Positions 25,441 to 40,466 are shown, counted from the first letter of the stretch. The stretch: 64,000 nt of DNA from Eledone cirrhosa (GCA_964016885.1 OZ024742.1:365986001-366050000), one strand, 5' to 3'. A program made the numbers and translations. The notes: generated from the letters alone by a model not told the origin.

Positions 25441-28400
25441 CCTCTCTATCTCTTTCTCACTCCTATTCTCTCTCTCTCTATATCACTTTCTCACTCCCAT
25501 TCTCTCTCTCTATATATCACTTTCTCACTCCCATTCTCTCTCTCTCTCTATATCTCTTTCTCACTCCCATTCTCTCTCTCTCTCTATATCACTTTCTCAC
25601 TCCCATTCTCTCTCTCTATATATCACTTTCTCACTCCCATTCTCTCTCTCTCTCTATATCTCTTTCTCACTCCCATTCTCTCTCTCTCTCTATATCACTT
25701 TCTCACTCCCATTCTCTCTCTCTATATATCACTTTCTCACTCCCATTCTCTCTCTCTCTCTATATCTCTTTCTCACTCCCATTCTCTCTCTCTATATATA
25801 TCTCTTTCTCACTCCCATTCTCTCTCACTCTATATCTCTTTCTCACTCCCATTCTCTCTCTCTCTCTATCACTTTCTCACTCCCATTCTCTCTCTCTCTC
25901 TCTATCTCTTTCTCACTCCAATTCTCTCTCTCTATATCTCTTTCCCACTCCCATTCTCTCTCTCTATATCTCTTTCTCACTCCCATTCTCTCTCTCTATA
26001 TATATCTCTTTCTCACTCCCATTCTCTCTCTCTATATCTCTTTCTCACTCCCATTCTCTCTCTCTCTCTATCTCTTTCTCACTCCTATTCTCTCTCTCTC
26101 TCTCTATCTCTTTCTCACTCCCATTCTCTCTCTATATATATCTCTTTCTCACTCCTATTCTCTCTCTCTCTCTCTATCTCTTTCTCACTCCCATTCTCTC
26201 TCTCTCTATATATCTCTTTCTCACTCCTATTCTCTCTCTCTCTCTATCTCTTTCTCACTCCCATTCTCTCTCTCTCTCTCTATCTCTTTCTCACTCCCAT
26301 TCTCTCTCTCTCTATATCTCTTTCTCACTCCTATTCTCTCTCTCTCTCTCTATCTCTTTCTCACTCCCATTCTCTCTCTCTATATATCTCTTTCTCACTC
26401 CCATTCTCTCTCTCTCTCTCTCTATCTCTTTCTCACTCCCATTCTCTCTCTCTCTATATCTCTTTCTCACTCCCATTCTCTCTCTATATATATCTCTTTC
26501 TCACTCCCATTCTCTCTCTCTATATATCCCTTTCTCACTCCCATTCTCTCTCTCTATATATCTCTTTCTCACTCCCATTCTCTCTCTCTCTATATATCAC
26601 TTTCTCACTCCCATTCTCTCTCTCTCTATATCTCTTTCTCACTCCCATTCTCTCTCTCTCTCTCTATCTCTTTCTCACTCCCATTCTCTCTCTCTCTCTA
26701 TCTCTTTCTCACTCCCATTCTCTCTCTCTCTATATCTCTTTCTCACTCCTATTCTCTCTCTCTCTCTCTATCTCTTTCTCACTCCCATTCTCTCTCTCTC
26801 TATATCTCTTTCTCACTCCCATTCTCTCTCTCTCTCTATCTCTTTCTCACTCCCATTCTCTCTCTCTCTATATCTCTTTCTCACTCCCATTCTCTCTCTC
26901 ACTCTTTCTATCACTTTCTCACTCCCATTCTCTCTCTCTATCTCTTTCTCACTCCCATTCTCTCTCTCTCTCTATATCACTTTCTCACTCCCATTCTCTC
27001 TCTCTCTCTATATCACTTTCTCACTCCCATTCTCTCTCTCTCTCTATATCACTTTCTCACTCCCATTCTCTCTCTCTATATATATCACTTTCTCACTCCC
27101 ATTCTCTCTCTCTATATATATCACTTTCTCACTCCCATTCTCTCTCTCTCTCTTTCTATCTCTTTCTCACTCCCATTCTCTCTCTCTATATATCACTTTC
27201 TCACTCCCATTCTCTCTCTCTATATATCTCTTTCTCACTCCCATTCTCTCTCTCTCTCTATATCACTTTCTCACTCCCATTCTCTCTCTCTCTCTCTCTA
27301 TCTCTTTCTCACTCCCATTCTCTCTCTCTCTCTATCACTTTCTCACTCCCATTCTCTCTCTCTATCACTTTCTCACTCCCTTTCTCTCTCTCTCTCTATC
27401 TCTTTCTCACTCCCATTCTCTCTCTCTCTCTATCTCTTTCTCACTCCCATTCTCTCTCTCTCTCTATCTCTTTCTCACTCCCATTCTCTCTCTCTCTCTA
27501 TCACTTTCTCACTCCCATTCTCTCTCTCTCTCTATCTCTTTCTCACTCCCATTCTCTCTCTCTCTATATATCTCTTTCTCAATCCCATTCTCTCTCTCTC
27601 TCTCTATCACTTTCTCACTCCCATTCTCTCTCTCTCTCTATCTCTTTCTCACTCCCATTCTCTCTCTCTCTCTATCACTTTCTCACTCCCATTCTCTCTC
27701 TCTCTCTATCTCTTTCTCACTCCCATTCTCTCTCTCTCTCTATCACTTTCTCACTCCCATTCTTTCTCTCTATATATCTCTTTCTCACTCCCTTTCTCTC
27801 TCTCTCTCTATCTCTTTCTCACTCCCATTCTCTCTCTATATATATATCTCTTTCTCACTCCCATTCTCTCTCTCTCTATCACTTTCTCACTCCCATTCTC
27901 TCTCTCTCTCTATCACTTTCTCACTCCCTTTCTCTCTCTCTCTATCTCTCTTTCTCACTCCCATTCTCTCTCTCTCTCTATCTCTTTCTCACTCCCATTC
28001 TCTCTCTCTCTCTATCTCTTTCTCACTCCCATTCTCTCTCTCTCTCTATCGCTTTCTCACTCCCATTCTCTCTCTCTATCGCTTTCTCACTCCCATTCTC
28101 TCTCTATATAGATCTCTTTCTCACTCCCATTCTCTCTCTCTCTATATCACTTTCTCACTCCCATTCTCTCTCTCTCTCTATCTCTTTCTCACTCCCATTC
28201 TCTCTCTCTCTCTATCTCTTTCTCACTCCCATTCTCTCTCTCTCTATCTCTTTCTCACTCCCATTCTCTCTCTCTCTCTATCTCTTTCTCACTCCCATTC
28301 TCTCTCTCTCTATCTCTTTCTCACTCCCATTCTCTCTCTCTCTCTATCTCTTTCTCACTCCCATTCTCTCTCTCTCTCTCTCTCTAATCACTTTCTCACT

Positions 28401-28612
28401 CCCATTCTCTCTCTCTCTCTATATCACTTTCTCACTCCCCATTCTCTCACTCTCTATATCTCTTTCTCACTCCCATTCTCTCTCTCTCTCTATCTCTTTC
28501 TCACTCCCATTCTCTCTCTCTCTCTATCTCTTTCTCACTCCGATTCTCTCTCTCTCTATATCTCTTTCTCACTCCCATTCTCTCTCTCTCTCTATCTCTT
28601 TCTCACTCCCAT

Positions 28613-28643
<31 letters not shown>

Positions 28644-31600
28644 CTTTCTCACTCCCATTCTCTCACTCTCTCCATCTCTTTCTCACTCCCATTCTCTCTC
28701 TCTCTCTCTATCACTTTCTCACTCCCATTCTCTCACTCTCTCTATCTCTTTCTCACTCCCATTCTCTCTCTCTCTCTCTATCACTTTCTCACTCCCATTC
28801 TCTCACTCTCTCTATCTCTTTCTCACTCCCATTCTCTCTCTCTCTATATATCTCTTTCTCACTCCCATTCTCTCTCTCTCTCTATATTCACTTTCTCACT
28901 CCCATTCTCTCTCTCTCTATCACTTTCTCACTCCCACTCTCTCACTCTCTCTATCTCTTTCTCACTCCCATTCCTCTCTCTCTCTCTATCTCTTTCTCAC
29001 TCCCATTCTCTCTCTCTCTCTATCTCTTCTCACTCCCATTCTCTCTCTCTCTCTATCTCTTTTCTCACTCCCATTCTCTCTCTCTCTATCTCTTTCTCAC
29101 TCCGATTCTCTCTCTCGCTATATCTCTTTCTCACTCCCATTCTCTCTCTCTATATATATCACTTTCTCACTCCCATTCTCTCTCTCTCTCTATCTCTTTC
29201 TCACTCCATTCTCTCTCTCTCTCTCTCTCTCTATCACTTTCTCACTCCCATTCTCTCACTCTCTCTATCTCTTTCTCACTCCCATTCTCTCTCTCTCTCT
29301 CTATCTCTTTCTCACTCCCATTCTCTCTCTCTCTCTATCTCTTTCTCACTCCCATTCTCTCTCTCTCTCTATCTCTTTCTCACTACCCATTCTCTCTCTC
29401 TCTCTATCTCTTCTCCTCCCATTCTCTCTCTCTCTATCTCTTTCTCACTCCATTCTCTCTCTCTCCTCTCTCTCTATATATATCACTTTCTCACTCCCAT
29501 TCTCTCTCTCTCTCTATCTCTTTCTCACTCCCATTCTCTCACTCTCTCTATCTCTTTCTCACTTCCATTCTCTCTCTCTCTATATATCACTTTCTCACTC
29601 CCATTCTCTCTCTCTATATATCTCTTTCTCTCTCCCATTCTCTCTCTCTCTATATATCTCTTTCTCACTCCCATTCTCTCTCTCTATATATCACTTTCTC
29701 ACTCCCATTCTCTCTCTCTCTATATATATATCACGTTCTCACTCCCATTCTCTCTCTCTCTATATATCACTTTCTCACTCCCATTCTCTCTCTCTCTATA
29801 TCTCTTTCTCACTCCCATTCTCTCTCTCTCTCTATCTCTTTCTCACTCCCATTCTCTCTCTCTATATATATCTCTTTCTCACTCCCATTCTCTCTCTCTC
29901 TCTCTATCACTTTCTCACTCCCATTCTCTCTCTCTCTCTATCTCACTCCCATTCTCTCTCTCTCTCTATCACTTTCTCACTCCCATTCTCTCTCTCTCTC
30001 TATCTCTTTCTCACTCCCATTCTCTCTCTCTCTCTCTCTCTCTATCACTTTCTCACTCCCATTCTCTCTCTCTCTCTATCTCTTTCTCACTCCCATTCTC
30101 TCTCTCTCTCTATCTCTTTCTCACTCCCATTCTCTCTCTCTCTCTCTATCACTTTCTCACTCCCATTCTCTCTCTCTCTCTATCTCTTTCTCACTTCCCA
30201 TTCTCTCTCTCTCTCTCTATCTCTTTCTCACTCCCATTCTCTCTCTCTCTCTCTATCACTTTCTCACTCCCATTCTCTCTCTCTCTCTCTCTATCTCTTC
30301 TCACTCCCATTCTCTCTCTCTCTCTATCTCTTTCTCACTCCCATTCTCTCTCTCTCTCTATCACTTTCTCACTCCCATTCTCTCTCTCTCTCTATCTCTT
30401 TCTCACTCCCATTCTCTCTCTCTCTCTCTATCACTTTCTCACTCCCATTCTCTCTCTCTCTCTATCTCTTTCTCACTCCCATTCTCTCTCTCTATCACTT
30501 TCTCACTCCCATTCTCTCTCTCTATATATCTCTTTCTCACTCCCATTCTCTCTCTCTCTCTCTATCTCTTTCTCACTCCCTTCTCTCTCTCTCTCTATAT
30601 CACTTTCTCACTCCCATTCTCTCTCTCTCTCTAATCACTTTCTCACTCCCATTCTCTCACTCTCTCTATCTCTTTCTCACTACCATTCTCTCCTCTCTCT
30701 CTCTATCACTTTCTCACTCCCATTCTCTCTCTCTCTCTATCACTTTCTCACTCCCATTCTCTCTCTCTATCACTTCTCACTCCCATTCTCTCTCTCTATA
30801 TATCTCTTTCTCACTCCCCATTCTCTCTCTCTCTCTCTATCTCTTTCTCACTCCCATTCTCTCTCTCTCTCTATATCACTTTCTCACTCCCATTCTCTCT
30901 CTCTCTCTATCTCTTACTCACTCCCATTCTCTCTCTCTCTCTCTATCACTTTCTCACTCCCATTCTCTCTCTCTCTCTATCTCTTTCTCACTCCCATTCT
31001 CTCTCTCTCTCTATATCACTTTCTCACTCCCATTCTCTCTCTCTCTCTATCACATTCTCACTCCCATTCTCTCTCTCTATAAATCTCTTTCTCACTCCCA
31101 TTCTCTCTCTCTCTCTATCACTTTCTCACTCCCATTCTCTCTCTCTCTCTATCTCTTTCTCACTCCCATCTCTCTCTCTCTCTATCACTTTCTCACTCCC
31201 ATTCTCTCTCTCTCTCTATCTCTTTCTCACTCCCATTCTCTCTCTCTCTCTCTCTCTATCACTTCTCACTCCCATTCTCTCACTCTCTCTAACACTTTCT
31301 CACTCCCATTCTCTCTCTCTATCACTTTCTCACTCCCATTCTCTCTCTCTATATATCTCTTTCTCACTCCCATTCTCTCTCTCTCTCTCTATCTCTTTCT
31401 CACTCCCATCTCTCTCTCTCTCTATATCACTTTCTCACTCCCATTCTCTCTCTCTCTCTATATCACTTTCTCATTCCATTCTCTCTCTCTCTCTCTATCA
31501 CTTTCTCACTCCCATTCTCTCTCTCACTCTCTATCACTTTCTCACTCCCATTCTCTCTCTCTCTCTATCTCTTTCTCACTCCCATCTCTCTCTCTCTCTC

Positions 31601-33076
31601 TATCACTTTCTCACTCCCATTCTCTCTCTCTCTATCACTTTCTCACTCCCATTCTCTCTCTCTATCACTTTCTCACTCCCATTCTCTCTCTCTATATTAT
31701 CTCTTTCTCACTCCCATTCTCTCTCTCTCTCTCTCTATCTCTTTCTCACTCCCTTCTCTCTCTCTCTCTATATCACTTTCTCACTCCCATTCTCTCTCTC
31801 TCTCTATCTCTTACTCACTCCCATTCTCTCTCTCTCTCTATCACTTTCTCACTCCCAATCTCTCTCTCACTAACACTTTCTCACTCCCATTCTCTCTCTA
31901 TATATATCTCTTTCTCACTCCCATTCTCTCTCTCTCTCTCTATCTCTTTCTCACTCCCATTCTCTCTCTCTCTCTATATCACTTTCTCACTCCCATTCTC
32001 TCTCTCTCTCTATCACTTTCTCACTCCCATTCTCTCTCTCTCTCTATCTCTTTCTCACTCCCATTCTCTCTCTCTCACTCTATCACTTTCTCACTCCCAT
32101 TCTCTCTCTCTCTCTATCACTTCTCACTCCCATTCTCTCTCTCTATCACTTTCTCACTCCCATTCTCTCTCTCTCTCTATATCACTTTCTCACTCCCCAT
32201 TCTCTCTCTCTCTCTATCACTTTCTCACTCCCGATTCTCTCTCTCTCTCTATCTCTTTCTCACTCCCATTCTCTCTCTCTCTCTCTATCACTTTCTCACT
32301 CCCATTCTCTCTCTCTCTCTATCCTTTCTCACTCCCATTCTCTCTCTCTCTCTATCACTTTCTCACTCCCATTCTCTCTCTCTATATATCTCTTTCTCAC
32401 TCCCATTCTCTCTCTCACTCTCTATCACTTTCTCACTCCCATTCTCTCTCTCTCTCTATCTCTTTCTCACTCCCATTCTCTCTCTCTCTCTATCACTTTC
32501 TCACTCCCATTCTCTCTCTCTCTCTATCTCTTTCTCACTCCCATTCTCTCTCTCTCTCTATCACTTTCTCACTCCCATCTCTCTCTCTCTCTATCTCTTT
32601 CTCACTCCCATTCTCTCTCTCTCTCTCTATCACTTTCTCACTCCCATTCTCTCTCTCTCTCTATCACTTTCTCACTCCCATTCTCTCTCTCTATCACTTT
32701 CTCACTCCATTCCTCTCCTCTATCACTTTCTCACTCCCATTCTCTCTCTCTATATATCTCTTTCTCACTCCCATTCTCTCTCTCTCTCTCTATCTCTTCT
32801 CACTCCATTCTCTCTCTCTCTCTCTATCACTTTCTCACTCCCATTCTCTCTCTTCTCTCTATCACTTCTCACTCCCATTCCCTCTCTCTCTCTATCTCTT
32901 TCTCACACCCATTCTCTCTCTCACTCTCTATCACTTTCTCACATCCCATTCTCTCTCTCTCTCTATCACTTCTCACACCCATTCTCTCTCTCTATCACTT
33001 TCTCACTCCCATTCTCTCTCTCTATCACTTTCTCACTCCCATTCTCTCTCTCTATATAACTCTTTCTCACTCCCAT

Positions 33077-33109
<33 letters not shown>

Positions 33110-36100
33110 TTCTCACTCCCATTCTCTCTCTCTCTCTCTATCACTTTCTCACTCCCATTCTCTCTCTCTCTCTAACACTTTCTCACTCCCCATACTCTCT
33201 CTCTATCACTTTCTCACTCCCATTCTCTCTCTCTATCACTTTCTCACTCCCATTCTCTCTCTATATATATCTCTTTCTCACTCCCATTCTCTCTCTCTCT
33301 CTCTCTCTATCTCTTTCTCACTCCCATTCTCTCTCTCTCTCTATATCACTTTCTCACTCCCATTCTCTCTCTCTCTCTATCTCTTTCTCACTCCCATTCT
33401 CTCTCTCTCTCTCTATCACTTTCTCACTCCCATTCTCTCTCTCTCTCTATCACTTTCTCACTCCCATTCTCTCTCTCTATCACTTTCTCACTCCCATTCT
33501 CTCTCTCTATATATCTCTTTCTCACTCCCATTCTCTCTCTCTCTCTCTATCTCTTTCTCACTCCCATTCTCTCTCTCTCTCTATATCACTTTCTCACTCC
33601 CATTCTCTCTCTCTCTCTATCTCTTACTCACTCCCATTCTCTCTCTCTCTCTATCACTTTCTCACTCCCATTCTCTCTCTCTATCACTTTCTCACTCCCA
33701 TTCTCTCTCTATATATATCTCTTTCTCACTCCCATTCTCTCTCTCTCTCTCTATCTCTTTCTCACTCCCATTCTCTCTCTCTCTCTATATCACTTTCTCA
33801 CTCCCATTCTCTCTCTCTCTCTATCACTTTCTCACTCCCATTCTCTCTCTCTCTCTATCTCTTTCTCACTCCCATTCTCTCTCTCTCTCTCTATCACTTT
33901 CTCACTCCCATTCTCTCTCTCTCTCTATCACTTTCTCACTCCCATTCTCTCTCTCTATCACTTTCTCACTCCCATTCTCTCTCTCTCTCTATATCACTTT
34001 CTCACTCCCATTCTCTCTCTCTCTCTATCACTTTCTCACTCCCATTCTCTCTCTCTATCTCTTTCTCACTCCCATTCTCTCTCTCTCTCTCTATCACTTT
34101 CTCACTCCCATTCTCTCTCTCTCTCTATCTCTTTCTCACTCCCATTCTCTCTCTCTCTCTATCACTTTCTCACTCCCATTCTCTCTCTCTATATATCTCT
34201 TTCTCACTCCCATTCTCTCTCTCTCTCTCTATCACTTTCTCACTCCCATTCTCTCTCTCTCTCTATCTCTTTCTCACTCCCATTCTCTCTCTCTATCACT
34301 TTCTCACTCCCATTCTCTCTCTCTATCACTTTCTCACTCCCATTCTCTCTCTCTATATATCTCTTTCTCACTCCCATTCTCTCTCTCTCTCTCTCTCTAT
34401 CTCTTTCTCACTCCCATTCTCTCTCTCTCTCTCTATCACTTTCTCACTCCCATTCTCTCTCTCTCTCTATCACTTTCTCACTCCCATTCTCTCTCTCTAT
34501 CACTTTCTCACTCCCATTCTCTCTCTCTATCACTTTCTCACTCCCATTCTCTCTCTATATATATCTCTTTCTCACTCCCATTCTCTCTCTCTCTCTCTCT
34601 CTATCTCTTTCTCACTCCCATTCTCTCTCTCTCTCTATATCACTTTCTCACTCCCATTCTCTCTCTCTCTCTATCTCTTTCTCACTCCCATTCTCTCTCT
34701 CTCTCTCTATCACTTTCTCACTCCCATTCTCTCTCTCTCTCTATCACTTTCTCACTCCCATTCTCTCTCTCTATCACTTTCTCACTCCCATTCTCTCTCT
34801 CTATATATCTCTTTCTCACTCCCATTCTCTCTCTCTCTCTCTATCTCTTTCTCACTCCCATTCTCTCTCTCTCTCTATATCACTTTCTCACTCCCATTCT
34901 CTCTCTCTCTCTATCTCTTACTCACTCCCATTCTCTCTCTCTCTCTATCACTTTCTCACTCCCATTCTCTCTCTCTATCACTTTCTCACTCCCATTCTCT
35001 CTCTATATATATCTCTTTCTCACTCCCATTCTCTCTCTCTCTCTCTATCTCTTTCTCACTCCCATTCTCTCTCTCTCTCTATATCACTTTCTCACTCCCA
35101 TTCTCTCTCTCTCTCTATCACTTTCTCACTCCCATTCTCTCTCTCTCTCTATCTCTTTCTCACTCCCATTCTCTCTCTCTCTCTCTATCACTTTCTCACT
35201 CCCATTCTCTCTCTCTCTCTATCACTTTCTCACTCCCATTCTCTCTCTCTATCACTTTCTCACTCCCATTCTCTCTCTCTCTCTATATCACTTTCTCACT
35301 CCCATTCTCTCTCTCTCTCTATCACTTTCTCACTCCCATTCTCTCTCTCTCTCTATCTCTTTCTCACTCCCATTCTCTCTCTCTCTCTCTATCACTTTCT
35401 CACTCCCATTCTCTCTCTCTCTCTATCTCTTTCTCACTCCCATTCTCTCTCTCTCTCTATCACTTTCTCACTCCCATTCTCTCTCTCTATATATCTCTTT
35501 CTCACTCCCATTCTCTCTCTCTCTCTCTATCACTTTCTCACTCCCATTCTCTCTCTCTCTCTATCTCTTTCTCACTCCCATTCTCTCTCTCTCTCTATCA
35601 CTTTCTCACTCCCATTCTCTCTCTCTCTCTATCTCTTTCTCACTCCCATTCTCTCTCTCTCTCTATCACTTTCTCACTCCCATTCTCTCTCTCTCTCTAT
35701 CTCTTTCTCACTCCCATTCTCTCTCTCTCTCTCTATCACTTTCTCACTCCCATTCTCTCTCTCTCTCTATCACTTTCTCACTCCCATTCTCTCTCTCTAT
35801 CACTTTCTCACTCCCATTCTCTCTCTCTATCACTTTCTCACTCCCATTCTCTCTCTCTATATATCTCTTTCTCACTCCCATTCTCTCTCTCTCTCTCTAT
35901 CTCTTTCTCACTCCCATTCTCTCTCTCTCTCTCTATCACTTTCTCACTCCCATTCTCTCTCTCTCTCTATCACTTTCTCACTCCCATTCTCTCTCTCTCT
36001 CTATCTCTTTCTCACTCCCATTCTCTCTCTCTCTCTCTATCACTTTCTCACTCCCATTCTCTCTCTCTCTCTATCACTTTCTCACTCCCATTCTCTCTCT

Positions 36101-36504
36101 CTATCACTTTCTCACTCCCATTCTCTCTCTCTATCACTTTCTCACTCCCATTCTCTCTCTCTATATATCTCTTTCTCACTCCCATTCTCTCTCTCTCTCT
36201 CTATCTCTTTCTCACTCCCATTCTCTCTCTCTCTCTCTATCACTTTCTCACTCCCATTCTCTCTCTCTCTCTATCACTTTCTCACTCCCATTCTCTCTCT
36301 CTATCACTTTCTCACTCCCATTCTCTCTCTCTATCACTTTCTCACTCCCATTCTCTCTCTCTATATATCTCTTTCTCACTCCCATTCTCTCTCTCTCTCT
36401 CTATCTCTTTCTCACTCCCATTCTCTCTCTCTCTCTATATCACTTTCTCACTCCCATTCTCTCTCTCTCTCTATCTCTTTCTCACTCCCATTCTCTCTCT
36501 CTAT
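25441..36504. repeat. ~11-kb polypyrimidine satellite, variable ~28-40-bp unit TC(T/A)CTTTCTCACTCCCATT(CT)n(AT)1-3
   Basis: Direct; constant CTTTCTCACTCCCATT core with a variable CT-run length. Confidence 0.97.
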
Positions 36505-37449
36505 CCTTCTCTGGAATAAATCTGGAGAGGAGAAAAAAGTTTTTTTTAAAGGAATACTCTAGAAACGCTGTATGCCAATAGGGCGTCACCACTACTCCCC
36601 CGGGAGTTATGGGTCCATACATAATACTCTACCACACGTTGCTTCTGTGTGTGTGTGTTTTCGATTCGTATTTTGACATATGAAGGTCCAATCGTTCAGA
36701 CATTTACCTATAATGGTTTTATGCAAACCCACACACATCGCAAATCACAGCATGGTTGGTGTTATCTTGAAACGAATTTCAAAAGTTCCCTGATTTCCGT
36801 TAGCTTATCAAACATTCAGGGCTTCTGATAATGTATTACGACAGATTTCTCTATAATCTCTGATACGACACCATTCTTTCCAAACTTCTTATGCGTATGT
36901 TTTAATTGCATCAATATCATTCAATATATCAGTGTTTTAAAGTTAAGCTGAAAATTCATAGATTGACTATGAAGGAATGATGTTAGTGCTGTGAAATCTT
37001 ACATTAATTTCAACATTATTTCTTTCCGGGGCTATGTTGAAAATTTGGTCATTCCATGAGAGCATCTTGGTCAGCCTATGAACTTTTCAGTCGACTTTCG
37101 CACTGTAACAGAAATTATTTGAGTGGAGAAATATTCCTGTCGATGTTCTTCACTCAACAGAATTGCAGGATTAGTTCACCAACACCTCACCCCACACACA
37201 AAGTGGTACATGTAGACCACGAGTAGATGAATAATATTTTACCAGGCATGAATAAAAGCTTAAGGCTGGCACCTATATAGTATCCAGGGCTCGGATACAT
37301 AGAATAAGATGGAATGGTCTCCCGCTCGATATTAGAGTAAGACCAGGCTCGTTCCTAACATAATGCTGCAATTTAGCGAAGAAGTCAGTAGCTATGGATA
37401 ACATTTTTATGGTCTCATCATCTAAGGAGTGAACACTTTAACCACTAAG

Positions 37450-37580
37450 CCTGGCTTAGTGGTTACAACTTTCGACTCACGATTGTAACGTCATGAGTTC
37501 GATTCCGAGTAGCGCGTTGCATCTTTGAGCAAGACACTTTTTTCATGTTGCTTCAGTTCACTCCCCTGGCAGAGAATGGG
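37450..37580 (+). mobile_element. Second tRNA-derived SINE family (related copies near 49860-49960 and 50755-50880)
   Basis: TGGCTTAGTGGTT A-box, GAGTTCGATTCC B-box, TTGAGCAAGACACTT core. Confidence 0.6.
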
Positions 37581-38490
37581 TTACACATATAATCAAATGG
37601 CCATTATACATATATACAGACACACATATATACAGACACACATATATACAGACTCACATATATATACACACATATATAGACAAACATATATATACACACG
37701 CACGGACACATATTTATATATATACACATATATACACACACACGCATATATATGCACACGGTTATGTATTCTTCTATATATACACAAATACAGATTTACA
37801 TAAATGTGTGTGCGCATGTGTATATACCGATTAAGATGTTTATGTTAAACTTAAACGAAGCTTTTTTTATACCCGTAACACATGACAAAAATATAATTTA
37901 TTTGTACGAAATGGCAGGTGACAATTGTCTCAAAGTGTATATTATGTTGAAAATAATAGCTTGTGGACTGCAATTGCAATGTATCGTTTTGGTGAGAAGC
38001 TTTATTTCAGGAATTTGGTTAAGAGCCAGCGTCAATAAATTTTTCTTAGATCACACTCTCGCTATCAATCCATCTATCTATCTATCTGTCGACCTATATA
38101 TCTATCTCTATTAATCTATCTATCTATCTCTCTATCAATCTCTCTCTCTATCAATCAATCTCTCTATCTATCTATCCACCTATCCATCTGTCTCCCTCTC
38201 CCACACTCTCCTCAATATATCTATCGCTCTCATTTCCCCTGCACTCCATCATCTGCCAAATTCTTGAAATGGTTGTCATCTCAGCCATATCCTGTTCTTT
38301 AATCCACCATATCAGTCATGTTCATAAAACTCTCATCAGAAATATCTTACACTGGTTAACTCTATGAAACCCTGCCAACTGTTCATTTCTTTATTATGGT
38401 TATTCTGCTTAAAGAATTCTCTTCTCAATCTCTCCTACAGAATTGCATTCTCATCAAGTCTCTTCTACTGTAGGATTAACCAATATTTCA

Positions 38491-38873
38491 TACTTTTGGG
38501 TCTCAAATAATTGGACGGGGTGGAATAAGCGGGAGGTTGGAAGACCGGTATTTTTCTAGATTGCCTCCGTTGATTCTTTTTTTTTTACCCAGAATTAGTC
38601 GTTTAATTTACATATTGAGACCCCAACCCATCCTATTTAATTTATATCACTTATGAGATTTCTTGTAATGTGTTTTTATCATTTATAATGTTTTGGGGTT
38701 TTTTTTTATTGTATAAAGAAAATTAATTGTCGCAGGGATGCTACCACATAAAATAAAGTTCCGCCGGAAATATATTAACAAAATTTGATATGTGTATGGG
38801 GTGGGGTGGAATAAGATTAAGAATAACATTAAAAAGTGGGGGGTGGGAGACGATTACTCAAGACCCGAGAGTA
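38491..38873. mobile_element. Candidate MITE with imperfect ~21-bp TIRs and TA ends
   Basis: TACTTTTGGGTCTCAAATAAT … ATTACTCAAGACCCGAGAGTA (about 16/21 complementary). Confidence 0.45.
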
Positions 38874-39232
38874 AGTGATAGCAGGCAGTAACTGAAGTAG
38901 TGGGAGGTAGGGGGGGGGGTTAGTGAGTGAAGGTAGTGTGAGGTAGTGTGACATGTGTCTAGTTATCATGACTTAACGCTTCAACAAAAACCGAGGTCGA
39001 CAAAATGAGTCCCAGACTTGAGGATATAATTCCTGGATTCGATATGATCGACTAAATCAATAGTGTCCTAGCATGGCCGCTGTCAAGAGACTGAAACTAC
39101 TTATATAATATGAAAGAGTGCAAACAGTTTCTTTCACACATACACGCTATATATGTAAATGTAAATATATGTGTATATATATATATAAGTATAATTATAA
39201 TTATAAAATATGGAGAAGGAGCACACGAGTTG

Positions 39233-39311
<79 letters not shown>

Positions 39312-39318
<7 letters not shown>

Positions 39319-39847
39319 CGTAAAGAAAGCCACAACAATGCAGAGGGAAATCTCGAGGTAGGAAGTGAATGATAGATAGGAGAAACAGGAGAAAGTGAAA
39401 ATTGAGAGAGACAAAGATGAAAACAAAACAAAGGTAGAAGGGTTACCGTAGTAGAGATTTAATCCCAATATTTCGGGCTCACGCCCATCAACGGGGGAAA
39501 GTTCCAAAAGGGGGGGAAACAGGCCAAGCGGAGAAAGTTGTGATGTCGTTAATAACGGCATTCCTGTCTTAACGACATCACAACTTTCTCCGCTTGGCCT
39601 GTTTCCCCCCCTTTTGGAACTTTCCCCCGTTGATGGGCGTGAGCCCGAAATATTGGGATTAAATCTCCACTACGGTAACCCTTCTACCTTTGTTTTGTTT
39701 TCATCTTTGTCTCTCAATTTTCACTTTCTCCTGTTTCTCCTATCTATCATTCACTTCCTACCTCGAGATTTCCCTCTGCATTGTTGTGGCTTTCTTAACT
39801 ACGTATTTTACACATTTCACAATGCTTCAAGCAAACTTTAACACCCT

Positions 39848-39850
<3 letters not shown>
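39312..39850. mobile_element. Fold-back element in (TA)n: ~240-bp arms (39312-39552 / 39569-39810), 16-bp spacer, 40-bp one-sided tail; degenerate hammerhead-like motif at 39623-39658 (+) and 39463-39498 (-)
   Basis: Mirror ORFs in the ORF track; TCCC-CCGTTGA-T-GGGC GTGA GCCC-GAAA-TATT-GGGA. Confidence 0.7.
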
Positions 39851-39897
<47 letters not shown>

Positions 39898-39901
<4 letters not shown>

Positions 39902-40377
39902 AATAGGGAGAAAAAAACGATTATTAGGAAGAAACATTTTTTTTTTTTTCTTTATTTTTTTCTCTTTTTTCTGGGTTAGAAAATGTTTAAAATAAAATAT
40001 TTTACTTTGTGCGAAGTGTTAAGGTATTAGTTAATTTATTTATTAATTAACAATAGCATTGATTTATTTATTAATTTATTTAATAATTGTCAATTAGCGG
40101 TTTCAGCATTTTATACATTATGAAAGGAGGGAATTTGTATTGGTATAAAATGAAGGAGAGAAGATGAGGTGATGTTGAACATTTTATTGAAATGGGAAAG
40201 AAAGAATAATATTATTTTATTTACAGGCATAGTTCTTGAGGATAAGCAGTTCAAAAAGTGTTATTATGGCAGGAACGCTTAGAGAAGTTGATCCATGATG
40301 GAGGCAAATGGTAGTCTGGAGTTGGATAAAGGAAAAAATATATTTTTCTTCCTAATAATCGTTTTTTCTCCCTATTT

Positions 40378-40380
<3 letters not shown>
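39898..40380. mobile_element. TIR-bounded AT-rich element in (TA)n (MITE-like or short-arm fold-back)
   Basis: TGTAAATAGGGAGAAAAAAACGATTATTAGGAAGAAA … TTTCTTCCTAATAATCGTTTTTTCTCCCTATTTACA. Confidence 0.65.

Positions 40381-40462
<82 letters not shown>

Positions 40463-40466
<4 letters not shown>

Noticed and set aside
25378-36519. 3713-aa and 1899-aa ORFs
   Set aside because: The pyrimidine-rich satellite strand rarely forms stop codons; open in several frames, low complexity, no domain
37450-37515. tRNA gene
   Set aside because: A/B boxes present, but no convincing cloverleaf or acceptor stem, and it continues into a SINE body
38270-38480. Possible decayed LINE 3' end on the minus strand
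   Set aside because: No recognisable motif could be translated with confidence
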